Shown: positions 1-9,858, counted from the first letter of the stretch. The stretch is 64,000 bases of DNA from Vicinamibacteraceae bacterium (GCA_012270995.1 JAAXHG010000051.1:5768-69767), one strand, 5' to 3'. Numbers and translations are program-made. Notes: a model not told the origin generated them from the sequence alone.

Positions 1-114
1 GGCGCGGCGCCGGCTTCGGCGGCCAAGGACGATTCGGGCGAACTCGCCTCGACCCTTCGGGAGATCGCCCGGGAAGTCGCCGCGATCCGGAGCGCGCTGG
101 AGCGCGGGCGATGA
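1..114 (+). CDS. 3' end of an upstream CDS (partial, product unknown)
   Basis: Frame 1 is open from the window edge to TGA at 112-114. The stop overlaps the next start (ATGA at 111-114). The 37 visible residues carry no recognisable motif. Confidence 0.3.
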   Translation, partial: GAAPASAAKDDSGELASTLREIAREVAAIRSALERGR

Positions 115-950
115 GGGCCGCCGGCGCCGACGGTGCGCCCCGCGGCAGGATGCCGACCGGCCTGAAGCGTTTGCTGCTGACGCTGTTTTGCGTCGACGAG
201 CGGCCGGAACCGCCGCCTGGATCGCCGGAGTCGCTGCGCACGTTTCGCGCCTCGCCGCGGTTCTTCCGGTACAACCTGCTCAAGTGGGGCCTGGGGCAGG
301 CGGGCGCGCTCTTTGGCCTTGTGGTGTCTACCATCGGCTTCTTGCCGATCGCGTTCTGGGCGCCGGACGAGGGCTTCGAGTTCCTGGAGTTCGGACCGTG
401 GACCGACTTCACCAGGGCGTTGGGGCCGCTCCTGTTCGTCCTGTTCCTTGTCCAGTTGTTGGGGTCCCTCGCCGTGCTTCGTCTCGGCTACGAGATGCGC
501 TGGTACATGGTCAGCGACCGGGCTCTTCGCATCCGCCACGGCGTCTACAGCGTCAGGGAACAGACGATGACGGTGGTGAACATCCAGAACATGGCGGTGA
601 AACGGGGACCGCTGCAACGCCTGTTCGGCATCGCCGATCTGGAGATCCGGACCGCCAGCGGTGGCGATTCGGACGACGACGAGGACAGCCTGAGCCTGGG
701 GTTGTTGCGGGGCCTCGACAATGCGGAAGAGTTGCGTAACCTGCTGCTGGCGTCGCTGCGGCAGAGCCGGGACGCCGGTCTCGGCGATCCCGACGACCGG
801 CCGGCCGTGCCCGCCATGCCGGCGGCGCCAACGGAGGCCGGAGCTTCGGGCAGGGCGGAGGAGGCTTCGGTTCTCGCGGCCGCCAGCGACCTGCTCGCCG
901 AGTGTCGGGCCCTGCGACGAACGGTGGCCGGGTCCGCGGAAGCGTCGTGA
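111..950 (+). CDS. membrane protein with bacterial PH (YdbT/YdbS-like, DUF304-type) domain
   Basis: 279-aa ORF with hydrophobic helices (GALFGLVVSTIGFLPIAFW, LLFVLFLVQLLGSLAVL). These are followed by RWYMVSDRALRIRHGVYSVREQTMTVVNIQNMAVKRGPLQRLFGIADLEIRT, which matches my recollection of bPH_2 domains. Confidence 0.6.
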   Translation: MRAAGADGAPRGRMPTGLKRLLLTLFCVDERPEPPPGSPESLRTFRASPRFFRYNLLKWGLGQAGALFGLVVSTIGFLPIAFWAPDEGFEFLEFGPWTDFTRALGPLLFVLFLVQLLGSLAVLRLGYEMRWYMVSDRALRIRHGVYSVREQTMTVVNIQNMAVKRGPLQRLFGIADLEIRTASGGDSDDDEDSLSLGLLRGLDNAEELRNLLLASLRQSRDAGLGDPDDRPAVPAMPAAPTEAGASGRAEEASVLAAASDLLAECRALRRTVAGSAEAS

Positions 951-982
951 TCCGCCCGACCCCCGGCGGCTCGTAGCCTCGC

Positions 983-1927
983 ATGCCGGAACTCCCCGAC
1001 GTCGAGGTCTACCGCGAAGCGATCGAGCAGCGGGTCGCGGGCCGCGAACTCGTCCGCGTGCGCCTGCGGAGTCCGTTCCTGCTCCGTTCCGTGCGCCCGC
1101 CGCTGTCCGAGGCCGAGGGGCGGACGGTCGTTGCTGTGCGACGGGTCGGCAAGCGCGTCGTCTTCGCCCTGGAGGGGGAGCTGTTCCTCGCCATCCACCT
1201 GATGATCGCCGGCCGGTTCCGCTGGGCCGGACCGTCGGCGAAGGCGCCGGGCCGCGTGGGGCTGGCCGCGTTCGACTTCGGCTACGGCACCCTGCTGCTC
1301 ACCGAGGCGGGGAGCAAGCGCAGAGCCGCGATGCACCTGGTCGCGGGTGAAGAGGGGCTTGCGAGTCTCGACCGCGGCGGCCTCGAAGTTCTCGAGTGCG
1401 GCCCGGAGGCGTTCCGGGCGCGGCTTGTCGCGGAGAACCACACGCTGAAGCGGGCGTTGATCGACCCGCGGCTGTTCAGCGGCATCGGCAACGCCTACTC
1501 GGACGAGATTCTGCATCGCGCGCGCTTGTCGCCGACGCGCTGGACGACCCGGCTCAAGGACGAGCAGATCGACGGATTGCATCAAGCTGCTGTGGCCGTG
1601 CTGGCTGAGTGGACCGTACGCCTGCGGGAGCAGGCGGGCGGCCGGTTCCCCGCCAAGGTGACCGCCTTCCACCAGGAAATGGCGGTCCATGGCCGCTACC
1701 GCGAACCGTGCCCGCGTTGCGGCGCGCCGGTCCAGCGCATCGTCTACGCCGAGAACGAGTGCAACTACTGCGCGCGCTGCCAGACCGGCGGCCGGTTGCT
1801 CGCCGACCGCGCGCTCTCGCGCCTGCTGAAGAGCGACTGGCCGAGGACGGTCGAAGAACTGGAGGAGCGCTTGGCAGCCGGTGGCGAGGCTCGCCTTCAG
1901 TACATCGTCTCGGGACAATCCTCGTGA
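983..1927 (+). CDS. Fpg/Nei-family DNA glycosylase / AP lyase
   Basis: N-terminal MPELPDVEV (catalytic Pro2/Glu3 motif). H2TH-like segment LIDPRLFSGIGNAYSDEILHRARLSP. C-terminal zinc finger CPRCGAPV...CNYCARCQ. Confidence 0.85.
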   Translation: MPELPDVEVYREAIEQRVAGRELVRVRLRSPFLLRSVRPPLSEAEGRTVVAVRRVGKRVVFALEGELFLAIHLMIAGRFRWAGPSAKAPGRVGLAAFDFGYGTLLLTEAGSKRRAAMHLVAGEEGLASLDRGGLEVLECGPEAFRARLVAENHTLKRALIDPRLFSGIGNAYSDEILHRARLSPTRWTTRLKDEQIDGLHQAAVAVLAEWTVRLREQAGGRFPAKVTAFHQEMAVHGRYREPCPRCGAPVQRIVYAENECNYCARCQTGGRLLADRALSRLLKSDWPRTVEELEERLAAGGEARLQYIVSGQSS

Positions 1928-2678
1928 CCGGACGCCAGGATCCCGTCCTCGTACACGCAGACCTCCTCTTCTGGAGGGGGCGGCGGTGGGCAGCCTTCAG
2001 GCAATGTTGCGCAGGACGGCGGCCCTGATCCCGGGCCTCCGCCTCCTTCACCCGGGGTGCTTCCGCCGCCCGGGTTAGAGCCGCCGCCAGAACCGCCACC
2101 CGGGTTGGGCAACTTCCTGGCGCGTCGCACGTCGTTGCAGGTTTGAGACGTGATGCCTCTGGGGTGTCGCGGATTGCCCACCCACATGATGCTCCCTGGA
2201 TTGCCGTTGCGCGGCCTGCACATCGTCATCTGAGTGTTTCGCAATCCGAGAACGTGTCCCATTTCGTGAGTGTAGAGGTCGCTGTGCGTGCAGGCTGCGT
2301 CGCCATTGATTCTGAAGCCCCCGCGGGTGGCTTCGCCGCAGGCTCCAGGGTTATCCATCTGAGCATCGGTTACCCTGGACACCCTCACACCCCTCACACC
2401 CTCACAATGTGTGCGCCCGCAATGGAACCAGCCGCGCCCCTGAAGTGAAAACTCGGAATGACGGACGAGGCAGTGCATGACGATGTCCATTTGCCGGTGG
2501 CGGCTTGCAGCTTGCTCCAGTCGGATTCGGTCCAAGCGTTGCCTTCGCTGACAAAGTGGATCTTTGGGGCAGTCTTTCCGGGCCGGATGTTGAGCACACA
2601 GCCGATCTGCGCCAAGGCCGCATCGGCCAGAGCCCCGCCAGCAATCAGGGCGACGCCGCAGAGTAGCCGGAACGTCAT
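1897..2678 (-). pseudogene. secreted metzincin-like zinc metalloprotease, reading frame broken at a short tandem repeat
   Basis: ORF 2394..2678 begins with a signal peptide (MTFRLLCGVALIAGGALADAALA) and stops inside the repeat at 2381-2405. A second frame continues to 1897 with HEMGHVLGLRN (HExxHxxGxx zinc site), a Gly/Ser/Pro linker and a Cys-rich tail. Removing one 8-nt unit fuses both into a single 257-aa ORF (258 codons including the stop; 782-8=774 nt). Confidence 0.5.
2381..2405. repeat. tandem 8/9/8-nt repeat ACCCTCAC-ACCCCTCAC-ACCCTCAC
   Basis: Read directly from the plus strand at 2381-2405. It coincides exactly with the frame break of the metalloprotease gene. Confidence 0.85.
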
Positions 2679-3634
2679 TTCTGCTTCGCCTTCTGGCAGA
2701 CGAAATCGCTAGGAACCAGCCCCTCGCCGGGTCTTTCGGCAACGCCTACGATCCGACAGTCACGAGATTCATAGTGCTCCTCGTAGCTCCTCCACGTTTC
2801 GATGAACTCTCGGCGGTCCGGCGATCCGTACGCCTGGAGCACGAGATGTGCAGTCAAATCGAACAGACCTCCCGTCACGGCCTCGTTGGCCCGCTCCTTC
2901 AGGTTTGCCAGGGTTCCGGGAATAGGCCCCATATGAACCGTGCCGTCCCATTGCAGGAGTCCTTGGGCATCCACCCGGGCCAAGGTGCCTCTGTGGGTCG
3001 ACGACCTTTCGAGGCGCACCACGTCGTCACCAGCCCAGTCCCCCATGAGCACGACGCGGTCGCCAACGTTGGGGTGGTTCCTTTCCGACCACAATCTCGT
3101 GTCTGGAAGAACCGAGCAGAAGACACGGCCGCGAACCACCATACGGTCGAATGGAACCAGGACATAGCTGGTCGTTCTGGCTCGCCCATGCAGCGGTGCC
3201 ACGTCGGACAGTGAGAACAGCACTCCAGGGTTGCCAGTCGCGTAGAACCCTGGAGTAGCCTCGGCCAGCGTGGCAGCGAGCGCCACCTCTGACATCAGCA
3301 GTACCGAGCCGAATCGGCCATCCTGCTCAGAGATAGGGGGTTCGCCGCCAGCCACGTCCACAGGCGCGCACCAGTGATCACTTGACGGGATGTCGCCGTC
3401 CTCAAACTCGTGGTCCACGGTGATCGGTTGGACCTGCATTTCGAGTCCTCGGCGGAGACGCTCATGCACTCCAGAGGACTTCACGAAGCCGTCGGCAGTC
3501 AGAGCTCGCCCGGCGGCGACCCACTCGTAGCCCCGATCCAGGTCGCGGTGCTCGAGGGTCTTGGGGTGGCTTCCGGCAGAGGCTGTTTGCACGAACAGGA
3601 ATGCCGAGAGCGCCGAGAGTGCAAGCCTCTTCAT
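2675..3634 (-). CDS. secreted hypothetical protein
   Basis: 319-aa ORF with signal peptide MKRLALSALSAFLFVQTASA. Its stop overlaps the start of the downstream protease gene (ATGA at 2675-2678). No family recognised. Confidence 0.6.
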   Translation of the reverse strand: MKRLALSALSAFLFVQTASAGSHPKTLEHRDLDRGYEWVAAGRALTADGFVKSSGVHERLRRGLEMQVQPITVDHEFEDGDIPSSDHWCAPVDVAGGEPPISEQDGRFGSVLLMSEVALAATLAEATPGFYATGNPGVLFSLSDVAPLHGRARTTSYVLVPFDRMVVRGRVFCSVLPDTRLWSERNHPNVGDRVVLMGDWAGDDVVRLERSSTHRGTLARVDAQGLLQWDGTVHMGPIPGTLANLKERANEAVTGGLFDLTAHLVLQAYGSPDRREFIETWRSYEEHYESRDCRIVGVAERPGEGLVPSDFVCQKAKQK

Positions 3635-3905
3635 CGGCTGACTCCTTCATGGAAGTCGACAGGTTCTGCAGAGTGTGTTCGTGGCCCCTTCGCAGGCAGT
3701 CTGACTTCCCCGCAGCGGAGCCGCTGAAGAAGGCGGCGCGCTCGCGACAGTGCTGCCCATGGGCTGTCGGTGTCTCCATCTCCATCTCCGTCTCCCTTCA
3801 AGTCGAGAGACTACCATTCGCCTGAGAGCATCTGCTGGCCGGAAGTGCGACGCTTGCGGCCTGGGGTCCGCGGTTGCCGAACCCTCGGGTTAGTAGGGTA
3901 GGGTC

Positions 3906-4682
3906 GTGTTGAGCGGGACGACGGCACACTCCAGGCTCACGGATTGTCACGCGCACCTTTGCGCCGGCGCGTTTGCGGGAGATCTCGCCGATGTGCTTGC
4001 GCGGGCCCGCGATGCCGGTGTCGAAGCGGTGGTCGCGGTTGGAGAGACGTTCGAGGATGCCGAGCGGAACCTGGAACTCGGCGAGGCGTACCCGGGCGTT
4101 GTCCGCCCGACGGCCGGGCTGTATCCGACCCACCTCGATCCGGCCGAGGCGGAGAAGGTCGCCGACCTGATCCGGCGCGAGCGATCGCGGCTGGCCGCGA
4201 TCGGCGAAGTCGGGCTCGACCGCTGGAAGGTGCGGGACGAAGGAGACCTGGCCCTGCAGCGGGAGATCTTCGCCCTCTTCGTCGACCTCTCGCTCGAACT
4301 CGACCTGCCGCTGAACGTTCACTCCCGTTCGGCGGGGCGGCACGCGATCGAACTGCTACATGAAAGGGGAGCGAAGCGGGTGCAGCTCCACGCCTTCGAC
4401 GGCCGGGCGGCCCGTGCCGAACCGGCGGTCGAGGCGGGCTACTTCTTTTCCGTGCCGCCGTCCATCGTTCGTTCGCCGCAGAAACAGAAGCTCGTTCGCC
4501 GCCTGCCACTCTCGTGCCTGCTGCTCGAGACGGACAGCCCGGTGCTGGGCCCGTCACGCGACCAGCGCAACGAACCGGCGAATGCGGCTGTGTCGCTCAG
4601 GGCCATCGCGGAGCTCAAGGGTCTGCCGGTGTCGGAGGTAGCCGCGGCCGTCAGGGAGAACACGGCGCGCCTCTATGGTTGA
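3906..4682 (+). CDS. TatD-family metal-dependent hydrolase
   Basis: LTDCHAHL near the N-terminus, AIGEVGLD, NVHSR and LLETDSP motifs, all typical of TatD/YcfH hydrolases. Confidence 0.85.
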   Translation: MLSGTTAHSRLTDCHAHLCAGAFAGDLADVLARARDAGVEAVVAVGETFEDAERNLELGEAYPGVVRPTAGLYPTHLDPAEAEKVADLIRRERSRLAAIGEVGLDRWKVRDEGDLALQREIFALFVDLSLELDLPLNVHSRSAGRHAIELLHERGAKRVQLHAFDGRAARAEPAVEAGYFFSVPPSIVRSPQKQKLVRRLPLSCLLLETDSPVLGPSRDQRNEPANAAVSLRAIAELKGLPVSEVAAAVRENTARLYG

Positions 4683-4735
4683 GACGATTCCCAGCCCCCC
4701 CGAGCTGCCAGGAGCGGAGTCGCCGCAGAAGGTCC

Positions 4736-5572
4736 TCAGCGTACCGTCCGGATCGCCTCCAACCCGTCGAGCCACAGCGCCGGGTCGACCCGTTCACCCT
4801 GCCAGCGGATGCCGAAGTGCAGGTGCGGGCCGGTGGATCGTCCGGTTGAGCCGACGCTGCCGAGCCGGCTTCCGCGCGCCACTTCCTCGCCCTGCTCGAC
4901 GAACACTTCGTGGAGGTGGAAGTACATGCTGATCAGGCCGTTGCCGTGATCGAGAAAGACGGCGTTACCGGAGAAGAAGAACTCCCCCGTCAGGGCGACG
5001 ACGGCGTTGCCTACCGCCAGCACGGGTGTCCCCCGAGGCGCCGCGTAGTCGGCGCCGGTGTGCGGCGAGCGCGGTTCGCCGTTGATGATGCGCTTGGCGC
5101 CGAAGCGGCCGCCGGCGGGCATCTCCTCGAGCGGCGGTCCCAGGGGCAGGGAGAAGCGCGACTTGCCCTGATGTGCCCAGAGCTTGCCGATCAGGGCGTT
5201 CTCGCGCTGCACCCGGGCCAGGTTCTCGGGTGAGAGATCGACGCGGCTCTGGTCCTTGATCTCGAGTCTCTGTACCGAGTAAGGGTACTCGCCGAGACCG
5301 ATTCGTAGCCGCTCGCGTTGGCCGTCCCGATCGCGCTCGGCCACGATGTCGGCGGCTCGGGTGAGGCCGACAGGCACGAGGCAGCCCGGTTCCCCGTCGA
5401 GGTCCGTCGGCGCAAACTCGCGGCCACCGATCAGGCAGCGCTCGATGCCGGCACCCCGCCAGTGAACGAGACTGCCGGGAGGCGCCGTCGTCTGGGCAGC
5501 CGCGGGCAAGGCGACCGCCACGAGCATCATGACGGCGAGGACCAGAGCTGCTTGTGAATGAAGCCGAGTCAC
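4736..5572 (-). CDS. M23-family metallopeptidase (secreted)
   Basis: Signal peptide LVLAVMMLVAVALPAAA. M23 motifs HTGADYAAPRGTPV and GSTGRSTGPHLHFGI. Confidence 0.85.
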   Translation of the reverse strand: MTRLHSQAALVLAVMMLVAVALPAAAQTTAPPGSLVHWRGAGIERCLIGGREFAPTDLDGEPGCLVPVGLTRAADIVAERDRDGQRERLRIGLGEYPYSVQRLEIKDQSRVDLSPENLARVQRENALIGKLWAHQGKSRFSLPLGPPLEEMPAGGRFGAKRIINGEPRSPHTGADYAAPRGTPVLAVGNAVVALTGEFFFSGNAVFLDHGNGLISMYFHLHEVFVEQGEEVARGSRLGSVGSTGRSTGPHLHFGIRWQGERVDPALWLDGLEAIRTVR

Positions 5573-5740
5573 GGATGGACTATAGACGATCGTGCATGGC
5601 TCCGTCCTTTTCTCCTGCCCTGCCGTCGAGCGTTGCCTGGAGCGCCTGGCAGCGGAACAGCGGCGGAACCCGATTGGCGCCTGACGCGGTACGCTTCCGG
5701 TCTGCCGGGTAAATGGCTGCCCGGTTCGGAGGGGATCCCC

Positions 5741-7195
5741 GTGAATCTCAGAGCGACGTACCTGGAGAGTGACGGTCTGGAACTGGCGCGTTTGCTGCGT
5801 TCAGGAGAGCTGGCGCCGACCGAGGCGGTCGAGTGCGCGGCCGCGATCGCCTCCGATCTGAACGGCGATCTGAATGCGATCGTGTACTCGGACTTCGAGC
5901 GCGCCGCGGCGGCGGCGTCCGAGGCCGTGGCGGCCGGTGGACCGTTCGCGGGCGTTCCCTACCTGTTGAAGGACCTCTACGCCGCCGCCGACGGGTTGCC
6001 GATGACGAACGGGAGCCGTCTGTTCGCCGGCAACGTGCCGGACCACGACTCCGAGATGGTCCGCCGCTACCGGCAGGCGGGGCTCCTGATCGCGGGCCGC
6101 AGCGCCTCGCCGGAGTTCGGGCTGACGACCAGCACCGAGTCCGCGATCTTCGGTCAGACCCGGAATCCCTGGAATCTGGAGCACGTCGCGGGCGGCTCGT
6201 CGGGCGGCGCCGCCGCCGCGGTCGCGGCGGGAATCGTGCCGTCCGCGCACGCCAGCGACGGTGGAGGTTCGATCCGGATCCCGGCGTCGTGCTGCGGGCT
6301 GTTCGGCCTCAAGCCGAGCCGCGCCCGGGTGTCGCTGGCCCCGGATGCCGGGGAGGGTTGGGCCGGTCTCTCCGTCCAGCACTGCGTGAGTCGGACGGTG
6401 CGCGACAGCGCCGCCCTCCTCGATGCGGTCGCCGGTCCGGTCCCGGGCGATCCCTACGCGGCGCCGGCGCCGGAGCGCCCGTTTCTGGACGAAGTCGGCA
6501 GAGAGTCTGGACGGCTGCGGATCGCCTTGACCGTGCGGGCCTTCAACGGCGCGGAGGTGCATCTCTCCTGCGTCGCCGCGGCCGAGGAGGCGGCCCGCCT
6601 CTGCCTGGAACTGGGGCACGACGTCGAGGAGGCCGCGCCGGACATCGACGCCGCCGCCTTGGGCAACGCAACCCGGCTGATCGTGGGGGCCAACATCCGC
6701 GCCACGGTGGCGGAGCGGTCCGAGGCGCTCGGCCGGAAGGCGCGGGAAGAGGAACTGGAGCCGTTGACCTGGGCCATGGCCGCCGTCGGTGAGGAGCACG
6801 ATTCCGCCGCCTACGTTCGGGCCACGCGAACCGTACACGCGGTCTGCCGCCAAGTGGCTGCGTTCTTCTCGGGCGGCTACGACGTCCTCCTGTCGCCGAC
6901 GATGGCGGCGCCGCCGGCCAGACTGGGCGTCCTGTCCCTGTCGAATCGAGGCGACGACTACTTGCCCGCGTTGCTCCAGACGATCGGCTTCACCCAACTG
7001 ATGAACGTGGCGGGCAACCCGGCGGCGTCCGTGCCGCTAGGCTGGACCGACTCAGGCGGCGGTTTGCCCATCGGTGTCCAGCTCGCCGCGCCGGTTGGGG
7101 GCGAGGGGTTGCTGTTGCGATTGGCCAGCCAGCTTGAACGGTCCCGTCCCTGGACCTCGCGCAAACCGCCGTGTTCTGCCTGGGGCGAGAGCTGA
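5741..7195 (+). CDS. amidase (amidase-signature family)
   Basis: AS signature GGSSGGAAAAVAAGIVPSAHASDGGGSIRIPASCCGLFGLKPS. The longest ORF starts at 5558 but would overlap the divergent M23 gene start, so the in-frame GTG at 5741 is preferred. The start is uncertain. Confidence 0.8.
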   Translation: MNLRATYLESDGLELARLLRSGELAPTEAVECAAAIASDLNGDLNAIVYSDFERAAAAASEAVAAGGPFAGVPYLLKDLYAAADGLPMTNGSRLFAGNVPDHDSEMVRRYRQAGLLIAGRSASPEFGLTTSTESAIFGQTRNPWNLEHVAGGSSGGAAAAVAAGIVPSAHASDGGGSIRIPASCCGLFGLKPSRARVSLAPDAGEGWAGLSVQHCVSRTVRDSAALLDAVAGPVPGDPYAAPAPERPFLDEVGRESGRLRIALTVRAFNGAEVHLSCVAAAEEAARLCLELGHDVEEAAPDIDAAALGNATRLIVGANIRATVAERSEALGRKAREEELEPLTWAMAAVGEEHDSAAYVRATRTVHAVCRQVAAFFSGGYDVLLSPTMAAPPARLGVLSLSNRGDDYLPALLQTIGFTQLMNVAGNPAASVPLGWTDSGGGLPIGVQLAAPVGGEGLLLRLASQLERSRPWTSRKPPCSAWGES

Positions 7196-8055
7196 GAGCG
7201 GCCCCCCTGTTCGTAGCCGTCCTGGCGGCGGCGTTGCCGGGAGCGGCAACCGGCAGTGAGCCGCCGTGGCAGCGACTCGAGTTTCAGGCCAAGAAGTTCT
7301 TTCTCTCCGCGGACGCCGCGGTCGAGTTCGATTCCATGGTCTCACTGCCGGCGGAAGAGCGCTGTGGGGACGGCCCTTCGTTGCCGGAGGCGGCAGCGCG
7401 GATCCGCATCGAGTCCTCGATGCTCGGTCGTCGGTCGCAGTCCTCCTTGTGGTTCGATGCGGAGAGTCTCAAGGCCCACATCCGCGTGCAAGAGGAACGC
7501 GGTAGCCGCAATCGCTACAAGCGCTATACGTTCTGTCAAGGTGCCGTAGAGGCGGAGCGGGCGACGCCCAACGCCGGGGAGGCTGACCTGCCCGTCGCGT
7601 CATGGACGCACCGCTACCCGCTCGTTCACGAGGTGCCGGCGGAACTCGCGGCGCCCCTGTCGGAACCGTCGGCGCTGCTGCACCTGGTGGGGCGCCTGGC
7701 GGCGCTCGAGGCTGAAGGCGGAGCGGCGAGTCGGACTGTCCCGGTGTTCTCGAACCGCCAGGTCCTGGCGGTTCGGATCGACCGGCATCCGGAGACCACT
7801 CCGGCGATGCCGGGGTTCTCCGTCGCCGGAGGTCCGTCACCGGAGAAAGTGACTCTCGCTCGCTTCACCCTGACCCCCCTGGCCGTCGGTTCGGATGGAC
7901 GTGCCGAGGACTTCGAGTTGCTCGGGCTGGAGGGCGAGATCGAGATCCTCGCGGCGAGAGAACTTCAACTGCCCGTGTCGATAAGCGGTAGGCTCCCGCC
8001 TGCGGGACGGGTCACCGTGTGGTTGCGTCACGTCGAACTCCGCGGGAACCAGTGA
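7171..8055 (+). CDS. secreted hypothetical protein
   Basis: 294-aa ORF with signal-like N-terminus LFVAVLAAALPGAATG. No motif recognised. Confidence 0.5.
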   Translation: MFCLGRELRAAPLFVAVLAAALPGAATGSEPPWQRLEFQAKKFFLSADAAVEFDSMVSLPAEERCGDGPSLPEAAARIRIESSMLGRRSQSSLWFDAESLKAHIRVQEERGSRNRYKRYTFCQGAVEAERATPNAGEADLPVASWTHRYPLVHEVPAELAAPLSEPSALLHLVGRLAALEAEGGAASRTVPVFSNRQVLAVRIDRHPETTPAMPGFSVAGGPSPEKVTLARFTLTPLAVGSDGRAEDFELLGLEGEIEILAARELQLPVSISGRLPPAGRVTVWLRHVELRGNQ

Positions 8056-8083
8056 CAATGCAGAAGAATCCAGGGCGGCGTTC

Positions 8084-8710
8084 GTGACGGACGGCACTTC
8101 CGACAGCGTCGACCGGGTCCGTGAGGAGTTCGTGCAGCTCTGGGGGGCGCTGGGGACCTTCTGGGGCGTTCCGCCGACCACCGCGCGGGTCTTCGGCTGG
8201 CTGATGTCGCGCAGCGAACCCGCCGACGCCCAAGACATCATGACCGGTCTTGAGCTCAGCCGCGGCGCGGTGTCGATGGCATGCCGGGAACTCAGGGAGT
8301 GGAAGCTGATCGCGCCTGAACGCGTCGCCGGGTCGCGCCGGGTCGTGTACCGCCCCGAGACCGACCTCGAGCGCGTGCTGCGCAACGTCGTTCAGATCCG
8401 CAAACGACGAGAGTGGGACCCGATCCGTGAGAACATGCGTGACTGGATTCCGGCGCTCGAGGCCGATGCCACTCCCGACACGGCGGAGTTTCTCGAGCGT
8501 CTGCGCGCCATCGACACACTCATGGCGCGCGCCGATGCAATCGCGGAGTTTCTGTTGAAGGGCGGTACGGTGACGGACTTTGGACTCAAGGCGCTGCTGG
8601 GAGCGGGAGCGGTCGCCGCCAGGCTGGGCAACCTTGCCCTCTCGCGGCTCGACTCGGCCACGCCGCCGGATCGAGTTGGCGACCTCGACGCGGAGGAACA
8701 GAAGAGTTGA
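8084..8710 (+). CDS. GbsR/MarR-type winged-helix transcriptional regulator
   Basis: N-terminal FVQLWGALGTFWGVPPTTARVFGWLMSRSEPADAQDIMTGLELSRGAVSMACRELREWKLI resembles the GbsR-type HTH. Its stop overlaps the next gene start (8707-8710). Confidence 0.65.
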   Translation: MTDGTSDSVDRVREEFVQLWGALGTFWGVPPTTARVFGWLMSRSEPADAQDIMTGLELSRGAVSMACRELREWKLIAPERVAGSRRVVYRPETDLERVLRNVVQIRKRREWDPIRENMRDWIPALEADATPDTAEFLERLRAIDTLMARADAIAEFLLKGGTVTDFGLKALLGAGAVAARLGNLALSRLDSATPPDRVGDLDAEEQKS

Positions 8711-9858
8711 CCGTGCTCCCCGATCACCGAGGCGGCCTTGCGCTCGGCGACGAGGTCCTGGTGCGGCTGCGGGATCTCTGCGTCGACGGCGGTCTGAGCG
8801 ACCTCGCCTCGACGATCGAGGACCTGGTCGGATTCGTTCGCGACGATCTCGCCGCGGTGGAGGAGGACCTGGCGACCCTGTCCACAGCGGACTCTCTGGT
8901 CGGCGAGGCCGGAGCCTCCCTGGTTCACCTCGGCGGCAAACGGTTGCGTCCCCTGTGCGTCGTCCTGGCGTCGCGGATCGGGTTCGCGCGGGCTTCGGCG
9001 GTGTGCGATATCGCGGTTGCGGCCGAGCTCGTTCACAACGCCACGCTGCTGCACGACGATGTCATCGATCACGCGGACCGGCGTCGCGGGCGGCCGACGG
9101 CACGGGTCGAACTCGGTAACGCGGTCTCGATCTTCGCCGGCGACTATCTGTTGATCGAGGCGCTGCACAGGGTGCAGCGAGCCGCGGTGCCGGGCGTCAT
9201 GGAAGGTCTGCTCGAGACGATCGCCGAGATGATCCGGGCCGAGTCCCTTCAGCTCGAGAACCGTGGCTCTCTCGACGCGTCAGAGGATCTCTACTTCCGG
9301 GTTGCCCGGGGCAAGTCGGCGGCGCTGTTCAGCTGGGCGTTGGGCGCCGGCGCCTTGAGTGGCGGAGCCTCGCCCGAGCTCTGCCGCGCGCTGCGGGCGT
9401 ACGGCGACTCGATCGGGGTCGCGTTCCAGTTGATCGACGATCTGCTCGATCTGGTTGGACACCGCAGCAACACCGGCAAGACCCTGTTCAGCGACCTGTC
9501 GGAGGGGAAGATCACCTATCCGCTGATCGTCGTGCTGGATCGCGAACCGGCGCTTGCCGACACGATCCGCGCGATAGCGGCCGAGGCGGTTCCTTCGTGG
9601 GGCGGCGATGGCCTCGCCCGCCCCGCCTCGAACGGGGACGGTTCGGCGAACGGACATCCGGGCAGTGCGAACGGGGCGGGCCGCGAGCGTGAGCGCGTTC
9701 TCGAGGCGATGGTTCGCCACAACGTCGAAGCGACATGCCGCGACCTTGCCGCGAGCTACATCAACGAGGGGATCGAGGCCCTGGCCGAGGTCCCGGACGG
9801 GCCGGCGCGCCGCGCGCTGACCGTTGTCGCTCGGGCGAGCGTGTTGCGGGAACGATGA
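8707..9858 (+). CDS. long-chain polyprenyl diphosphate synthase
   Basis: First Asp-rich motif LLHDDVIDHADRRRG and second motif FQLIDDLLD. Carries an unusual Gly/Ser/Asn-rich insertion (GGDGLARPASNGDGSANGHPGSANGAG) near the C-terminus. Confidence 0.85.
   Translation: MTVLPDHRGGLALGDEVLVRLRDLCVDGGLSDLASTIEDLVGFVRDDLAAVEEDLATLSTADSLVGEAGASLVHLGGKRLRPLCVVLASRIGFARASAVCDIAVAAELVHNATLLHDDVIDHADRRRGRPTARVELGNAVSIFAGDYLLIEALHRVQRAAVPGVMEGLLETIAEMIRAESLQLENRGSLDASEDLYFRVARGKSAALFSWALGAGALSGGASPELCRALRAYGDSIGVAFQLIDDLLDLVGHRSNTGKTLFSDLSEGKITYPLIVVLDREPALADTIRAIAAEAVPSWGGDGLARPASNGDGSANGHPGSANGAGRERERVLEAMVRHNVEATCRDLAASYINEGIEALAEVPDGPARRALTVVARASVLRER

Noticed and set aside
5558-5740. Long N-terminal extension of the amidase ORF.
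   Set aside because: It would overlap the divergent M23 peptidase start. The 61 extra residues are Arg/Pro/Trp-rich and unlike amidase N-termini. The in-frame GTG at 5741 is preferred.
9590-9700. Gly/Ser/Asn-rich low-complexity insertion in the polyprenyl synthase.
   Set aside because: It is in frame and sits between conserved helices. It is most simply a lineage-specific loop insertion, with no evidence of separate function.
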